Shown here piece by piece: positions 37,806 to 49,079 of a stretch of 64,000 bases of DNA. The notes below the pieces were generated by a model. The model worked only from the letters and a program-made list of their open reading frames with translations. It was not told the origin of the DNA and ran no database searches. A program made the translations under genes and the position numbers. The stretch's first letter is position 1. The number at the start of each line of letters is the position of its first letter. The DNA comes from an uncultured bacterium (GTDB lineage Bacteria > Actinomycetota > Thermoleophilia > Solirubrobacterales > 70-9), in assembly GCA_963696945.1 (NCBI GenBank), contig CAVOME010000008.1, positions 69,767 to 133,766 of the forward strand. Direction: 5' to 3'.

Positions 37806-39374
37806 CTACAGCGGAATGTTGCCGTGCTTTCGCTTCGGCTGGTCGACCCGCTTGGTCTGAAGGGTGCGCAGCGCGCGGATCAGCTTCGGGCGGGTCTCGT
37901 GGGGGACGATCACGTCGTCGATGTACCCGCGCTCGGCGGCCGAGTAGGGGTTCGCGAACTGCGCCTTGTAGTCGTCGATCAGCTTCTCCCGTCGCTCATC
38001 CGGGGTCGGCGACTGCTGGATGTCGCGCCGGAAGATGATGTTGACCGCCCCCTCCGGTCCCATCACGGCGATCTCCGCGGTCGGCCAGGCGAAGTTGAAG
38101 TCGGCGAGCATGTGCTTGGAGGCCATGACGTCGTAGGCGCCGCCGTAGGCCTTCCTGGTCACCACGGTGAGCTTCGGCACCGTCGCCTCGGTGAACGCGT
38201 AGAGCAGCTTGGCTCCGTGGCGGATGATCCCGCCCCATTCCTGCGAGGTGCCGGGGAGGAATCCGGGCACGTCGGTGAAGGTGATCAGCGGGATGTTGAA
38301 GGCGTCGCAGAAGCGCACGAACCGGGCGCCCTTGACCGAGGAGTCGATGTCGAGGACGCCGGCCAGGTGGCGCGGCTGGTTGCCGACGATCCCCACCGGG
38401 TAGCCGTCGAGGCGCGCCAACCCGACCACGATGTTCGGAGCGAAGTGCTCGTGGACCTCGAGGAAGTCGCCGTCATCCACGATCAGCGAGATCACCTCCC
38501 GCATGTCGTACGGCTTCGAGGGATCGTCGGGAACGATCGAGTCGAGCGCCTCGTCGGACCGGTCCGGGTCGTCGTAGGGCTCGGTTCGCGGCGGCATCTC
38601 GAGGTTGTTGAGCGGCAGGAAGGACATCAGGTAGCGGACGTCCTTGAGGCACTGCTCCTCGTCGTCGGCGGCGAACTGGGCGACCCCCGACTTCGTGTTG
38701 TGGGTCATCGCCCCGCCGAGATCCTCGAAGGTCGACTCCTCGCCGGTCACCGTCCTGATCACGTCGGGGCCGGTTATGAACATGTGCGAGGTCTCCTTGA
38801 CCATGAAGATGAAGTCCGTCATCGCGGGCGAGTAGACGGCCCCGCCGGCGCACGGCCCCATGATCAGGCTGATCTGCGGGATCACGCCCGAGCATTGGAC
38901 GTTTCGCACGAACACGTCGCCATAGGCGCCGAGCGAGACGACCCCCTCCTGGATCCTCGCACCGCCCGAGTCGTTGATCCCGATCACGGGCGCGCCGATC
39001 TTCGCGGCGAGGTCCATGACCTTGCACATCTTCTCCGCCATCACTTCGCCCAGCGAGCCCCCAAAAACCGTGAAGTCCTGCGAGAACACTGCGACTGGCC
39101 GACCGTCGATCGTCCCCCAGCCGGTCACCACCGCATCGCCCCAGGGGCGGCGCTTCTGCATCTCGAACTCGTAGGTCCGGTGGCGAACGAACGTGTCGAG
39201 CTCCTCGAACGAACCGGGGTCGAGCAGCTTGTCGATCCGCTCGCGGGCCGTCAGCTTGCCCTTCTCGTGCTGCTTGTCGACCGCCTCCTCGGAGGCCGAG
39301 TGGATCGCCTGGTCCCGAAGCTCCCTCAGCTGGGCGAGCTTGTCCTCGTGGGTCTCGGGGAACTTCTGGCGCAC
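37806..39374 (-). CDS. Propionyl-/acyl-CoA carboxylase carboxyltransferase (beta) subunit.
   Basis: ..[78 protein letters not shown] 39374 is preferred over the 39506 extension. Confidence 0.95.
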   Translation of the reverse strand: MRQKFPETHEDKLAQLRELRDQAIHSASEEAVDKQHEKGKLTARERIDKLLDPGSFEELDTFVRHRTYEFEMQKRRPWGDAVVTGWGTIDGRPVAVFSQDFTVFGGSLGEVMAEKMCKVMDLAAKIGAPVIGINDSGGARIQEGVVSLGAYGDVFVRNVQCSGVIPQISLIMGPCAGGAVYSPAMTDFIFMVKETSHMFITGPDVIRTVTGEESTFEDLGGAMTHNTKSGVAQFAADDEEQCLKDVRYLMSFLPLNNLEMPPRTEPYDDPDRSDEALDSIVPDDPSKPYDMREVISLIVDDGDFLEVHEHFAPNIVVGLARLDGYPVGIVGNQPRHLAGVLDIDSSVKGARFVRFCDAFNIPLITFTDVPGFLPGTSQEWGGIIRHGAKLLYAFTEATVPKLTVVTRKAYGGAYDVMASKHMLADFNFAWPTAEIAVMGPEGAVNIIFRRDIQQSPTPDERREKLIDDYKAQFANPYSAAERGYIDDVIVPHETRPKLIRALRTLQTKRVDQPKRKHGNIPL

Positions 39375-39387
39375 CGCGCGAACGATT

Positions 39388-39969
39388 CTATGCGGCGTGT
39401 TCGAGGATCTCCGCGAGGCTCTCGACCACCGCCGGATCGAGCCTCGTCCCCGCCCCGGAGCGCAGCCCCGCGATCGCCGCCAGATGCGCCGGTTGCCCGG
39501 GGGCACGCGAGGCCATCAGCCCGTCGCACTCGCACGCCACCTGCACCACCCGCGCCTCGAGCGGGAGGTCCCCGGCCAAGCCGCCAGTCTCGCCGCCATC
39601 GAACGGCCGGCCGCACGCTCCAATCCACTCGCACGCCGCATCCGGCACGCCGGCTCCACGCGCCAACGCGGCTCCGTAGGCCCAGTGCGAGTCGACCAGC
39701 GCCGCCTCCTGGGCCGTCAACTCGGCCCGCGGCTTTTCGAGCAGCGCCTGAGGCAGATAGACCTTCCCGACCTCGTGCAGCCGCGCCGTCGCCCTGACCG
39801 CCTCGGCGCGGTCGCGGCCGATCCCGAGCCCGGCGGCGGCGGCGAAGGCATAGGACGCGGTGCCCGCGGCATGGTCGCGAGAGCCGGGCAGGTGGCGCTC
39901 GAGGGCGTCGAGGAGGGTCGTGCCGCGTGCTTCGACTTGCGTCGCCAGGCTCAGCTCGGTCACGACCAC
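39388..39969 (-). CDS. HD-domain protein (degenerate HD-GYP-like).
   Basis: ..[51 protein letters not shown]. The canonical HD dipeptide reads HE. Confidence 0.55.
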   Translation of the reverse strand: MVVTELSLATQVEARGTTLLDALERHLPGSRDHAAGTASYAFAAAAGLGIGRDRAEAVRATARLHEVGKVYLPQALLEKPRAELTAQEAALVDSHWAYGAALARGAGVPDAACEWIGACGRPFDGGETGGLAGDLPLEARVVQVACECDGLMASRAPGQPAHLAAIAGLRSGAGTRLDPAVVESLAEILEHAA

Positions 39970-40033
39970 GCGGGGACGATTGCAGATGGTCGAAATCCCG
40001 GGTCCGCCACACGGGATACTGCGTGGCTCGCAA

Positions 40034-41563
40034 ATGGCGACTCCGCAACAACGGCTGTCCGGAAATCAAGTGCGCGCTGCCCCGCGACCGGCGGTGATCA
40101 GGTTCGCCTCCGACCATGCCCTCGCGCTGATCGTCGCGCTCGCGGCGGTGCTTCGGTTCGCAACCCTGGGCGTGCCCTCCTACTGGCTCGACGAGTTCAC
40201 TTCGCTCAACGAGACCCAGGGCAGCCTCAGCACGGTGCTCGACTCGGTCAAGCACGCCGAGGGCGGGCCGCCGCTCTACCTGGTCCTGCTCTGGGGATGG
40301 CGAAAGGTCTTCGGTGACGGGGAGATCGCGATCCGCTCGATGTCCGCCCTGCTGGGCACGGCGACCGTCCCGGTCGCCTTCGCGGCGGGCCGTGAGCTCG
40401 CCTCGCGGCGCGCGGGGTTGTTCGCGGCCGCCTTGACCGCCACCAGCCCGCTGCTGATCTGGTACTCGCAGGACGTTCGCACTTACGCGCTGCTCGTCTT
40501 CCTCGCAGCGCTCTCGTTCATGTTCTTCGCCTACGCGCTCGAGCGCGAGGAGCCCGGATGGCTCTGGGGGTGGGCGATTTTCTCGCTCCTCGCGTTCACG
40601 ACCCATTACTTCGCCGTAGTCCTGATCGTTCCCGAGGCGGCGTGGCTGTTGCTCCGCGGTCCTCGGGCCAGGACGCTGATCGCCTCCGCGGCGATGGGAG
40701 CGGTCGGGCTCGCGGTGCTCGTGCTCGCCGGGGTCAACCAGCAGCAGGACAAGGTCGCCAACGTGATCCGCCAGCTCGACCGCGTCGACCGCGTCGTGTC
40801 GATCCCTCAGCACTTCGTGGTCGGCCTCAGTGTGCCGTGGCGGATCCTCCCGATCCTGGTCGGCGTCCTGCTCGCCGCAGCGGTCGTCTACGCGCTTCGC
40901 CGCGCTGATCTTCTGACCCGCGACTCCTTCGCAATCGCTGGCGGCGTTGCGCTCGCCGGCTTCCTGCTCGCAGTCGTCCCGGCGTTCCTCGGTCCGGACT
41001 ACGTGATCACGCGTTACGTGCTCGAACTCTGGCTTCCGTTCGCGGTCGCGGTCGCGCTCGCGCTCGCCGTGCCGACGATCGGCCGCGTCGGCGTTACGGC
41101 CGTCGTCGCCCTGGCCGCGACAGGCATCGCGCTCAGCACCTGGAACGCGGCGACCCCGGCCGCGCGACGGGTCAACTGGGACACCGTGGCGGCGGCCCTC
41201 GGCCCGACGTCGGCGAAGCGGGTCGTGGTCGGGCCCGGCTATTTGGTCAGTGTCGGCCTGTCGCTCTACTTACCGGACGCCCACCTGGCGAGCTCGGATG
41301 AGCGGATCGTGACCCGGAACCTGGTCCTGATCTCGCTGCGGCCGGTCCCCGATTACGCGATCGGGCCGTGCTTTTGGGGCGCGGACTGCGGGGGAAAGGG
41401 AATCGGGGGCTCCCAGGCCCCGATCAAGGCCCCGGGCCCGTTCCGGTTGGTCGGCTCGGGCTCGACTCCCCGAGTCAACTACAACGTCTTTCGATCGAAG
41501 CGCCCGGCCCGGGTGCCCTCGCCCACCACCGGGCAGGTCGTGATCGTGCAGGAGCCTGGCTAG
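40034..41563 (+). CDS. GT-C-fold membrane glycosyltransferase (family 39 / ArnT-PMT-like).
   Basis: An intact 509-aa ORF has at least 10 hydrophobic spans, a first-loop SYWLDEFTS (DE motif), and a soluble C-terminal domain. Confidence 0.65.
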   Translation: MATPQQRLSGNQVRAAPRPAVIRFASDHALALIVALAAVLRFATLGVPSYWLDEFTSLNETQGSLSTVLDSVKHAEGGPPLYLVLLWGWRKVFGDGEIAIRSMSALLGTATVPVAFAAGRELASRRAGLFAAALTATSPLLIWYSQDVRTYALLVFLAALSFMFFAYALEREEPGWLWGWAIFSLLAFTTHYFAVVLIVPEAAWLLLRGPRARTLIASAAMGAVGLAVLVLAGVNQQQDKVANVIRQLDRVDRVVSIPQHFVVGLSVPWRILPILVGVLLAAAVVYALRRADLLTRDSFAIAGGVALAGFLLAVVPAFLGPDYVITRYVLELWLPFAVAVALALAVPTIGRVGVTAVVALAATGIALSTWNAATPAARRVNWDTVAAALGPTSAKRVVVGPGYLVSVGLSLYLPDAHLASSDERIVTRNLVLISLRPVPDYAIGPCFWGADCGGKGIGGSQAPIKAPGPFRLVGSGSTPRVNYNVFRSKRPARVPSPTTGQVVIVQEPG

Positions 41564-41602
41564 CGCTCCAGGGCCGGTCGCAGCCGTGCGCCGCGTCCGC
41601 CT

Positions 41603-43306
41603 CTAGAAGAACGCCCCGCCCCGGTACTCGCCGAACACCTCGCGCATCGCGCCGCACACCTCGCCGATCGAGGCTCCCACTCGAAGCGCCTCTCTGATCG
41701 GGTGCAGCATGTTGCCCTCGCCGGAGGCGACCTCGTGGACCTCCTTCAGCCCACGGGCCAGCGCCTCCTGATCACGGGAGGCCTTGAAAGCGGTGAGCCG
41801 GTCGACCTGGCGGCGCTCGGTCTCCGGGTCGATCTTCAGGATCTCGACCTCGTCGACCTCCTCGGTCACGTACTTGTTGACGCCCACGATGATGTCCTGG
41901 CCGGTTCGGTACCGCTCGTGGTAGGAGGCCGCCGACTCCTCGATCTCGCGCTGGATGAACTCGAGCGCCTCGACCGACCCGCCCAGCTCGGAGACCTTGT
42001 CGATCAGCTCCCAGGATCTTTCCTCGATCTCGTCGGTAAGCGACTCGATGAAGTAGGAGCCCGCGAACGGATCGGCGGTGTCGGCCGCCCCCGACTCGTG
42101 AGCCAGCACCTGCTGGGTTCTCAGTGCGATCCGCGCCGAGCGCTCGGTCGGCAATGCGAGCGCCTCGTCGAAGCCGTTCGTGTGGAGCGACTGAGTGCCG
42201 CCGGTGACCGCGGCGAAGCCCTGAAGCGCGACCCGGATGATGTTCACCTCGGGCTGCTGGGCCTGGAGGGTCACCCCGCCGGTCTGGGTGTGGAAGCGGA
42301 TCGTCTGCGAGCGCTCGCTCTTGGCGCCGAAGCGCTCGCGCATGATCCGAGCCCACATCCGGCGCACCGCGCGGAACTTGGCGATCTCCTGGAAGACGTT
42401 GTTGTGGCAGTTGAAGAAGAAGGCGACCCGCGGAGCGAACTCGTCCACCTCCAGCCCGCGGTCGAGAGCTGCCTCGACATAGGCGATCGCGTTGGAGAGC
42501 GTGAATGCGACCTCCTGAACGGCCGAGCAGCCCTTCTCGCGGATGTGGTACCCGGAGATCGAGATCGTGTTCCACCTCGGGACCCGGGCGCGGCAGTACT
42601 CGAAGATGTCGGTGGTGAGGCGCATGGTCGCCTCGGGCGGATAGATGTAATTGCCCCGGGCCACGTACTCCTTCAGCACGTCGTTTTGGACCGTCCCGCG
42701 AAGCTCTTGCGCGGGCACCCCCTGCTCCTCGCCGACCAGCTCGTAGAGCAACAGGAGGATCGCGGCCGGGGCGTTGATCGTCATCGAGGTCGACACCTGG
42801 TCGAGTGGGATCTGGTCGAAGCAGATCCGCATGTCCTCGATCGTGTCGATCGCGACCCCGGTTCGGCCCACCTCGCCGGCGCAAAGGGGCTCGTCGGAGT
42901 CGCGCCCAAGCTGGGTCGGGAGGTCGAAGGCCATCGAGAGCCCAGTCGAGCCGTGCTCGATCAGGTAGCGATAGCGGCGGTTCGTCTCCTCGGCGCTCGC
43001 GTAGCCCGCGTACTGGCGCATGGTCCAGAGCCGATCCCGGTACATCCCCTCATGGATTCCCCGCGTGAAGGGGTACTCGCCCGGGACACCGAGCCGCTCT
43101 TGGAGTCCGGGGCCGACGTCGGCCTCGCCATAGAGGGGGTCGATCTCGATCCCCGAGTCCGTGAAGCGGCGCTCGTCGTCTGGGCCGACCAATGGGGCGA
43201 TGTTTCGGTGCAGGTCGTCGTCGAGCGTCTCGCCCGTCCCGTCCGCCGGGGCGGGCGGGCCGTCTGGGTCGCGGTCGACGGGCTTGTCCGTCGGGCGGGT
43301 CGCCAC
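41603..43306 (-). CDS. Methylmalonyl-CoA mutase family, large substrate-binding subunit. This ORF has no B12-binding domain.
   Basis: ..[91 protein letters not shown]. Confidence 0.95.
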   Translation of the reverse strand: MATRPTDKPVDRDPDGPPAPADGTGETLDDDLHRNIAPLVGPDDERRFTDSGIEIDPLYGEADVGPGLQERLGVPGEYPFTRGIHEGMYRDRLWTMRQYAGYASAEETNRRYRYLIEHGSTGLSMAFDLPTQLGRDSDEPLCAGEVGRTGVAIDTIEDMRICFDQIPLDQVSTSMTINAPAAILLLLYELVGEEQGVPAQELRGTVQNDVLKEYVARGNYIYPPEATMRLTTDIFEYCRARVPRWNTISISGYHIREKGCSAVQEVAFTLSNAIAYVEAALDRGLEVDEFAPRVAFFFNCHNNVFQEIAKFRAVRRMWARIMRERFGAKSERSQTIRFHTQTGGVTLQAQQPEVNIIRVALQGFAAVTGGTQSLHTNGFDEALALPTERSARIALRTQQVLAHESGAADTADPFAGSYFIESLTDEIEERSWELIDKVSELGGSVEALEFIQREIEESAASYHERYRTGQDIIVGVNKYVTEEVDEVEILKIDPETERRQVDRLTAFKASRDQEALARGLKEVHEVASGEGNMLHPIREALRVGASIGEVCGAMREVFGEYRGGAFF

Positions 43307-43333
43307 GCCCCAAGCATAGGTGGCCGCCGGGCC

Positions 43334-44593
43334 TCAGGCGGGATGCCGGGCGCGCGCCGCCACCATTGCCCGCTCGGCCGCCTCGGCCAGCCGCTCGGCG
43401 GTCGCCGGGTAGGAGTAGGCCTCGACGGCGCTGGGATCCGGGGGGCGCAGATCGCCGCCTGCCAGGCGCCGCAGGGCCCCGACGATCGCCGGTACGTCGT
43501 CCGCGCCCACCACCTCGCCGCCCGCCTCGGCGACCACCCGGCCCGCCTCGGTCCCCGCCGCAAGCGCGAGGATCGGCGGCCCCGCGGCGAGGTACTCGAA
43601 GAGCTTGAAGTTGAGGAGCTGAGTCCGCTTCGGCGAGGCCACCAGCAGTAGCGCATCGGCCGAGCGCTGAAGGGCGAGCGCCAGCTTGCGGGGCAGGCTG
43701 CCGGCGAGCACGATACGCGCCGGCGACACGTCGGTGGCCATCAGCTCGGCCTCCGCCTCGGTTAGTGGCCCGGCTATCACCAGGTCGAGTCGCGAGGCGG
43801 CCTCGCGGTCCTCGGCGGCCAGTCGCGCCAGGGCTCGAATCAGCGGTCGTGGGTCGCGCCCGTAGCTGCCGAAGCGACCGGTGTAGACGATCGAGATGCG
43901 CTCCGGGTCGAGGATCGGCGCCGCTTCGGGGGCGCCGCCGGGCTCGTCGAGGTCGGGGTCCCAGCCGTTCGGGACCAGGTGCGCATCGATCCCCAGCCTG
44001 GCGCGAAGGTCCTCGGCGGCGGGCAGGCTGACACACACGACTTCGTCGGCGACGCCGAGCCATCGGCGCTCCAGCCGCCGGTCGAGGTTGCGCTGCGCCG
44101 CGGTGGGGAAGCGGGGCCGGATCGGCTCGAACGTCCAGGCGTCACGAAGCTCGGCGACCCAGGCGACCCCGCGCCGCGACAGCGCCCGGCCCACCGCGTG
44201 CACCGACTCGGGAGGGGAGCTCGTGATCACACAGTCGAAAGCCTCGCGGCGGTTCAGCCGCAGCGCCTCGCGACGCGCGAAGGGCGCCCAGGCCGCGGCC
44301 AGCGGCTCGGGGACGATCACCCGGCTCAGCGGGTGGGGCCGGCCGGAGTAGGTGTCGGAGTCGAACAGCGCGTCGACTCGATCGTGTCCATGTGCGCGTG
44401 CCCGCAGGCGCTGGAGGTCGGCCGTGCGGACGACGCCGGCCTCCTCGGGATCCTCGCCCCGGCCATAGGCCGAGGTGGTCAGGACAGTCACCCGATGACC
44501 GAGGCGGCGTAGCCACTTCGCCATCGCCGCGGGCCGGTGTGCGCCGGTGTCGCGGCAGGGCGGATAGAAGTAGGCGACCAGCAGAAGGTTCAT
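43334..44593 (-). CDS. Glycosyltransferase family 4 (GT-B).
   Basis: MNLLLVAYFYPPCRDTGAHRPAAMAKWLRRLGHRVTVLT..NFKLFEYLAAGPPILA. Its ATG overlaps the upstream stop (ATGA). Confidence 0.8.
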   Translation of the reverse strand: MNLLLVAYFYPPCRDTGAHRPAAMAKWLRRLGHRVTVLTTSAYGRGEDPEEAGVVRTADLQRLRARAHGHDRVDALFDSDTYSGRPHPLSRVIVPEPLAAAWAPFARREALRLNRREAFDCVITSSPPESVHAVGRALSRRGVAWVAELRDAWTFEPIRPRFPTAAQRNLDRRLERRWLGVADEVVCVSLPAAEDLRARLGIDAHLVPNGWDPDLDEPGGAPEAAPILDPERISIVYTGRFGSYGRDPRPLIRALARLAAEDREAASRLDLVIAGPLTEAEAELMATDVSPARIVLAGSLPRKLALALQRSADALLLVASPKRTQLLNFKLFEYLAAGPPILALAAGTEAGRVVAEAGGEVVGADDVPAIVGALRRLAGGDLRPPDPSAVEAYSYPATAERLAEAAERAMVAARARHPA

Positions 44594-45774
44594 GGCGTTC
44601 GCGTTCGACGGGTCGCGATCGCCTCCGCGTAGGCCTCGTCCATGCGGTCGATCAAACCCGGCCAGCCCCACCTCTTGACAGCCTTGTCGCGACCCGCGGT
44701 TCCCATCGCGTCGCGTGCTGCGGACCCTGCCTCGATCAGGCGGCGGATCGCGTCCGCGACCCGCTCCGGGCGGCCGGGCTCCACCACCAGCCCGGTTCGG
44801 CCATCGTCCACCACGGCGCGCACGCCCGGGTACTCGGTTGCGATTGTCGCCAGCCCGCACGCCATCGCCTCGATCAAGACGATCCCGAACGACTCCGGCG
44901 GCTCGGTCGTGAGCAGGAAGAGATCGGCCGATCGCAGCACGTCAGCGAGCTCGGCGTGGGCGACGCGTCCGAGGAGATGAACCCTCTCGCCGACTCCGGC
45001 GGCGAGCGCCTGTGCGCGGAAGTCGTCGAGCAGCTCGCCGCCTCCCGCGACCACGAGGTGGACCCGAGGATCGCCGAGGCTCGCGATCGCCGCGATCGCC
45101 AGGTCGAGCCGCTTGAAGTGGTGGGCGCGATCGAGGGTCGCGACGAAGGCGATCGCGATGTCGCTCGCGCCGATCCCCAGCGCGTCCCGCCGGCCGGTCC
45201 GGTCCGGCCCCGGCGAGAACTGCTCGGTGTCGACCCCGTTCGGTATCTCGATCAGCTTGGCCGGATCGCTCTCGCCGATCCGCCGCAGATACGGGACCGA
45301 GCGAGCGTGGTCCTCCGAGAGCACGGAGATCCGGTCGGCAGCGCCGACCAGAAACGGCGCGATCGTTCGCTCATAGGCCGCGAAGGCGACTCCCCGCGCG
45401 CCCTTTCCGACCAGCCGGTTCTTGTAGTGGACGAGCAGGGCCTGGCGCCGCCTCGGTCGGCTGATCCTGCCGAGCAGCGTCAACTCGGATCCGAAGATGA
45501 ACGGATAGTGGAGGTGGACGACATCGAAGCCTGCGACCCGGGCGAGGCTCGGGATCAGCGGTGCGTTCCCGATCTCCGCCACCGGCTCGATCCTGTGGAC
45601 GACGGCCTCGCCGGGGTCCGGCAACGGGCCGTCGGCGGGAGCGGTGAACACCTCGACGTGGTGGCCGCGCTCGGCTTGGCCCTTCGCGAACCGGTAGCAG
45701 GTGTTTCCGGCGCCTCCCGGGTAGGGAGGGAAGGTGGCCGTCAGGTGGGCGATGCGCAGGTTCGCGCGCGACAC
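44590..45774 (-). CDS. Glycosyltransferase family 4 (GT-B).
   Basis: LRIAHLTATFPPYPGGAGNTCYRFAKGQAERGHHVEVFT..ESFGIVLIEAMACGLATIATEYPGVRAVVDDGRTGLVV. Confidence 0.85.
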   Translation of the reverse strand: MSRANLRIAHLTATFPPYPGGAGNTCYRFAKGQAERGHHVEVFTAPADGPLPDPGEAVVHRIEPVAEIGNAPLIPSLARVAGFDVVHLHYPFIFGSELTLLGRISRPRRRQALLVHYKNRLVGKGARGVAFAAYERTIAPFLVGAADRISVLSEDHARSVPYLRRIGESDPAKLIEIPNGVDTEQFSPGPDRTGRRDALGIGASDIAIAFVATLDRAHHFKRLDLAIAAIASLGDPRVHLVVAGGGELLDDFRAQALAAGVGERVHLLGRVAHAELADVLRSADLFLLTTEPPESFGIVLIEAMACGLATIATEYPGVRAVVDDGRTGLVVEPGRPERVADAIRRLIEAGSAARDAMGTAGRDKAVKRWGWPGLIDRMDEAYAEAIATRRTRTP

Positions 45775-45808
45775 CGCAGCACCGTATCCGCCGATCGGGC
45801 GGCGCCGA

Positions 45809-46756
45809 TCAGTCCGAGGCGCCTGCGAGGCGCTCGACGCCCGCCTGCTCGATCGTGCGGCGCAATCCCTCTGCCAGCTCGACCTGCGGCTCCCAGTTGA
45901 GGAGCTGCTTCGCTCGGGTGATGTCGGGCTGGCGCACCTGGGGATCATCCACCGGCAGCGCCTCGAAGACGATCTCCGACCGCGAGTCGGTCGCCGCGAT
46001 CACGCCCTCGGCGAGCTCCAGGAGCGTCATCTCCTTGGGATTGCCGACGTTGACCGGCAGGTGCACGTCTGACTCGGCGAGCAGCTTCAGTCCGCGGATC
46101 AGGTCGTCGACGTAGCAGAAGCTCCGCGTCTGGCTGCCGTCGCCGAACACCGTCACCGGCTTGTCCTGTAGCGCCTGACGGAGGAAGGTCGGGATCGCCC
46201 TGCCGTCGTGCGGACGCATCCTGGCCCCGAAGGTGTTGAAGATCCTCGCGATGCAGGTGTTGACGCCCTGCTGGCGGTGATAGGCCATGGTCAGCGCCTC
46301 GGCGTAGCGCTTCGCCTCGTCGTAGACGCCGCGGGGGCCGATCGGGTTGACGTGGCCCCAGTAGTCCTCCGGCTGGGGGTGGACCTGCGGGTCGCCGTAA
46401 ACCTCCGAGGTCGACGCGATCAGGAATCGGGCCCGCTTCTCCTTCGCCAGCCCGAGCATGTGGTGGGTCCCATAGGACCCGACCTTGAGGGTGTGGAGCG
46501 GCAGCCGCGCGTAGTCGATCGGGCTCGCCGGCGAGGCGAGGTGGTAGACGTAGTCGACCTCTCCATCCAGGAACAGCGGCTCGGTCAGGTCCTTGTTCAG
46601 GAACCGGAACTCCGAGTCGCGGATGTGCTCGATGTTCTGGAGGGAGCCGGTGTCCAGGTTGTCGATGCAGATCACCCGGTGACCCTCGGCGAGCAGCTGC
46701 TCGCAGAGGTGTGATCCGAGAAACCCTGCTCCTCCGGTGACTACGCAAGTGCTCAT
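45809..46756 (-). CDS. uxs: UDP-glucuronate decarboxylase (UDP-xylose synthase).
   Basis: [60 protein letters not shown]. Confidence 0.9.
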   Translation of the reverse strand: MSTCVVTGGAGFLGSHLCEQLLAEGHRVICIDNLDTGSLQNIEHIRDSEFRFLNKDLTEPLFLDGEVDYVYHLASPASPIDYARLPLHTLKVGSYGTHHMLGLAKEKRARFLIASTSEVYGDPQVHPQPEDYWGHVNPIGPRGVYDEAKRYAEALTMAYHRQQGVNTCIARIFNTFGARMRPHDGRAIPTFLRQALQDKPVTVFGDGSQTRSFCYVDDLIRGLKLLAESDVHLPVNVGNPKEMTLLELAEGVIAATDSRSEIVFEALPVDDPQVRQPDITRAKQLLNWEPQVELAEGLRRTIEQAGVERLAGASD

Positions 46757-46887
46757 CGGACCGGGGAGAATAGCGCCGCATCGCCTTGCCGCGGCCATCC
46801 GGGTCAACGCCTGCAGCGTGGCTGGCGCGGAGCTCTTCCGGCCTGAGCCATGATGACTCGGCCGGGCTAGCGCCGCGAGCCCGACCT

Positions 46888-47315
46888 TCAGGCAGAGGAG
46901 CGTGCGCGAGACTCCGACAGCTTGATGTAGTTGCCCGAGGGATCGCGAAGCCCCGAATCGACGCCGTAGGGGCGCTCCTCGGGTGGCTGTACGAACTCGA
47001 CCCCGCGGGCGGTCAGCTCCTCATAGGTCGCCTGGCAATCGTCAGTCTCGAGATACAGAGCCCCGGTCGCCCCCTTTGCCATCAGGGCTTGAAGCTGCCC
47101 CGCTGACTCCTCATCGAGCACCGGCGGCCCGGGGATCGCCATCAGCACGATCTGGATCTCGGGTTGTCCCACCGGGCCGACCGTGAGCCAGCGGAAGTTG
47201 CCCATGTCGGGCCTCGTCGCGTCGACTCGGAGCTCCATGCCGAGCTTCTCGGTGTAAAAGGCGAGCGCCTCGTCTTGGTCATGAACGAGAAGCTGGGCGG
47301 CGGCGACCTTGATCA
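46888..47315 (-). CDS. VOC/glyoxalase-family protein.
   Basis: [60 protein letters not shown] lies 6 nt before ATG 47315. Confidence 0.8.
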
Positions 47316-47353
47316 TTTTGCACTCCTCACTGGGGGGCAAGTGGCGAGCCAGG

Positions 47354-47817
47354 CTATCCGCGCCGGATGTCCCTGTCTTCTCGAAACGTGCTGTGTTGGG
47401 GGCGCCCGTAGGCGAGCACCACGCAGACCGGAATCCCCGCCGCCTCGACGGCGGGCGGATGCGTGGCGCGGTAAACGGTCGGCGAGGCGCCGAACATCCG
47501 CTTGAAGCTCGTCGTGAACGAGCCGACGCTGCGAAGCCCCACCGACAGGCAGATGTCGGCGACCGAGCGGTCGGTGTTGCGCAGCAGCGCGGAGGCGCGC
47601 TCCAGGCGGCGAGTCAGCAGGTATGCGTGCGGCGACTCGCCGAAGGTGCGGCGAAACTCGCGGCTGAAGTGCGCCCGCGAGAGGCCCGCCGCGTGCGCCA
47701 TTTCCTCGACTCCGAGCGGCTCGAAGTATCGGACGTCGACCAGATCCCTGGCGCGGACCAGGTGGCGAGCGGCCGGCGCCGTCGAGATCGGGCTCCGCGC
47801 CGGCGGACGTGCGTCAC
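47354..47817 (-). pseudogene. AraC-family (HTH_18) transcriptional regulator. A probable frame switch lies near the N-terminus.
   Basis: ORF 47354..47701 reads MAHAAGLSRAHFSREFRRTFGESPHAYLLTRRLERASALLRNTDRSVADICLSVGLRSVGSFTTSFKRMFG. In-frame upstream sequence VRARDLVDVRYFEPLGVEE has no start codon. GTG 47817 is in another frame. Confidence 0.65.
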
Positions 47818-48964
47818 CCGCGCTGCGAATGGCGGTGCGAGTGGTGACGGTGGCGATGCGGGTGATGATGACGACCGCGGTGGCGAACGTGCGGCGCGTA
47901 GGCGGCGAAGCGGTGCTTGTTCGAGCTGGTGGCGGATCACCCTGCGGGCCTTCGGCCAGTGGTTGACGTCATAGAGCGTGCCCGGGGTGACGGTTCGGTA
48001 GTAGATCAGCATCCTGACCCGGTGATGCTTCTTGGCCCAGCGGAACAGCTTGTGGGTGAAGCGGCCTCGGTAGTCGTTGTCCCAGGGTGAGTACTCGCCG
48101 ACCACGAACGGCCGATGGCTCCAGCGGTGGTAGAAGTGCTTGAAGGCCGCCCAGATTCCAGGGGTGGCGAACTTGGAGTAGATGTCGGCGCCCACCCAGT
48201 CGACGTACTTCTTGCCGGGCCAGTACGCGCCCGGCCGGTTGCCCTTCACCGCGGGTGAGCCGAGCGTCTGAGGCGACCACATGAACGCGACCCTGGCGTG
48301 CTCGAGCCGGTGGTGGATGTTGTGGCGTCCATAGACGCGAGAGTGGTTGGAGTGAGCCCGGTAGATGCGCGGCATGTGGCGCTTTCGGAGCTTGTGGTTG
48401 ATCTTCTTGACCTTCCCACCACGGACGATGAGCGCCATCCTCCGCCACGCCCGCCGGAAGTTGCGGGTCGAGTGGCTCTTGCCCTTCCTGGTCCCGTCGG
48501 AGTTGTAGGCGCAGTAGGGGTTCCAGGAGCCGTTCATCTCGGCGAACGGGCGGATGTAGACGACCTGGTGCGACTTGACGATCGACTGGTTCAGCCGGAC
48601 CAGGTAGTGATCGTCCCTTGCCCTTCGCGATCTGGCGAGAGTTGATCCGCTCCGGCCCGACACCGGGCGCCGTCGACAGGCTGAGCACCCCGCGGGTCCG
48701 GGTCTTGTGCCAGCGCTTCAGAGCGCCGGTCGTGAGCGGCGTGTCCCAGTGGTAGAAGTCCTCCAGCACCGCCGGATGGGCGCCAACCCGCTTCGCGAAC
48801 CGGTGGAAGTCGCGGTTGTTCGACGTGTCGCTGACGCCGTGGAAGATCTTGTGGTGGGGCGGGGCAAACGTCTTCGCCGCCGCCGATCCGGCGGTCGCCA
48901 GGAGGAGTGCGGCGACGATCGCGCCGCCCAATGCAAGGCGTGTCGAGCTGACGGGGGGAATCAC
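47814..48964 (-). pseudogene. Secreted GH26-like glycoside hydrolase with a very basic insert and about 2 frame switches.
   Basis: ORF 47969..49117 carries ..LALGGAIVAALLLATAGSAAAKTF..FHGVSDTSNNRDFHRFAKRVGAHPAVLEDFYHWD. ORF 47614..48663 carries YLVRLNQSIVKSHQVVYIRPFAEMNGSWNPY..YVDWVGADIYS..RPFVVGEYSPW. The family call rests on the EMNG.W and GEY motifs only. Confidence 0.5.
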
Positions 48965-49079
48965 CTGGGGGTCCCGATACCTCAGCAGACCTGCGGCCAA
49001 AGCGTCGGACCGGGGCGGTGAAGCCAGGCGCGCACAGCCCACACTGCCCTCGGACCCGATCTCGTTGCATACTCCCCGT

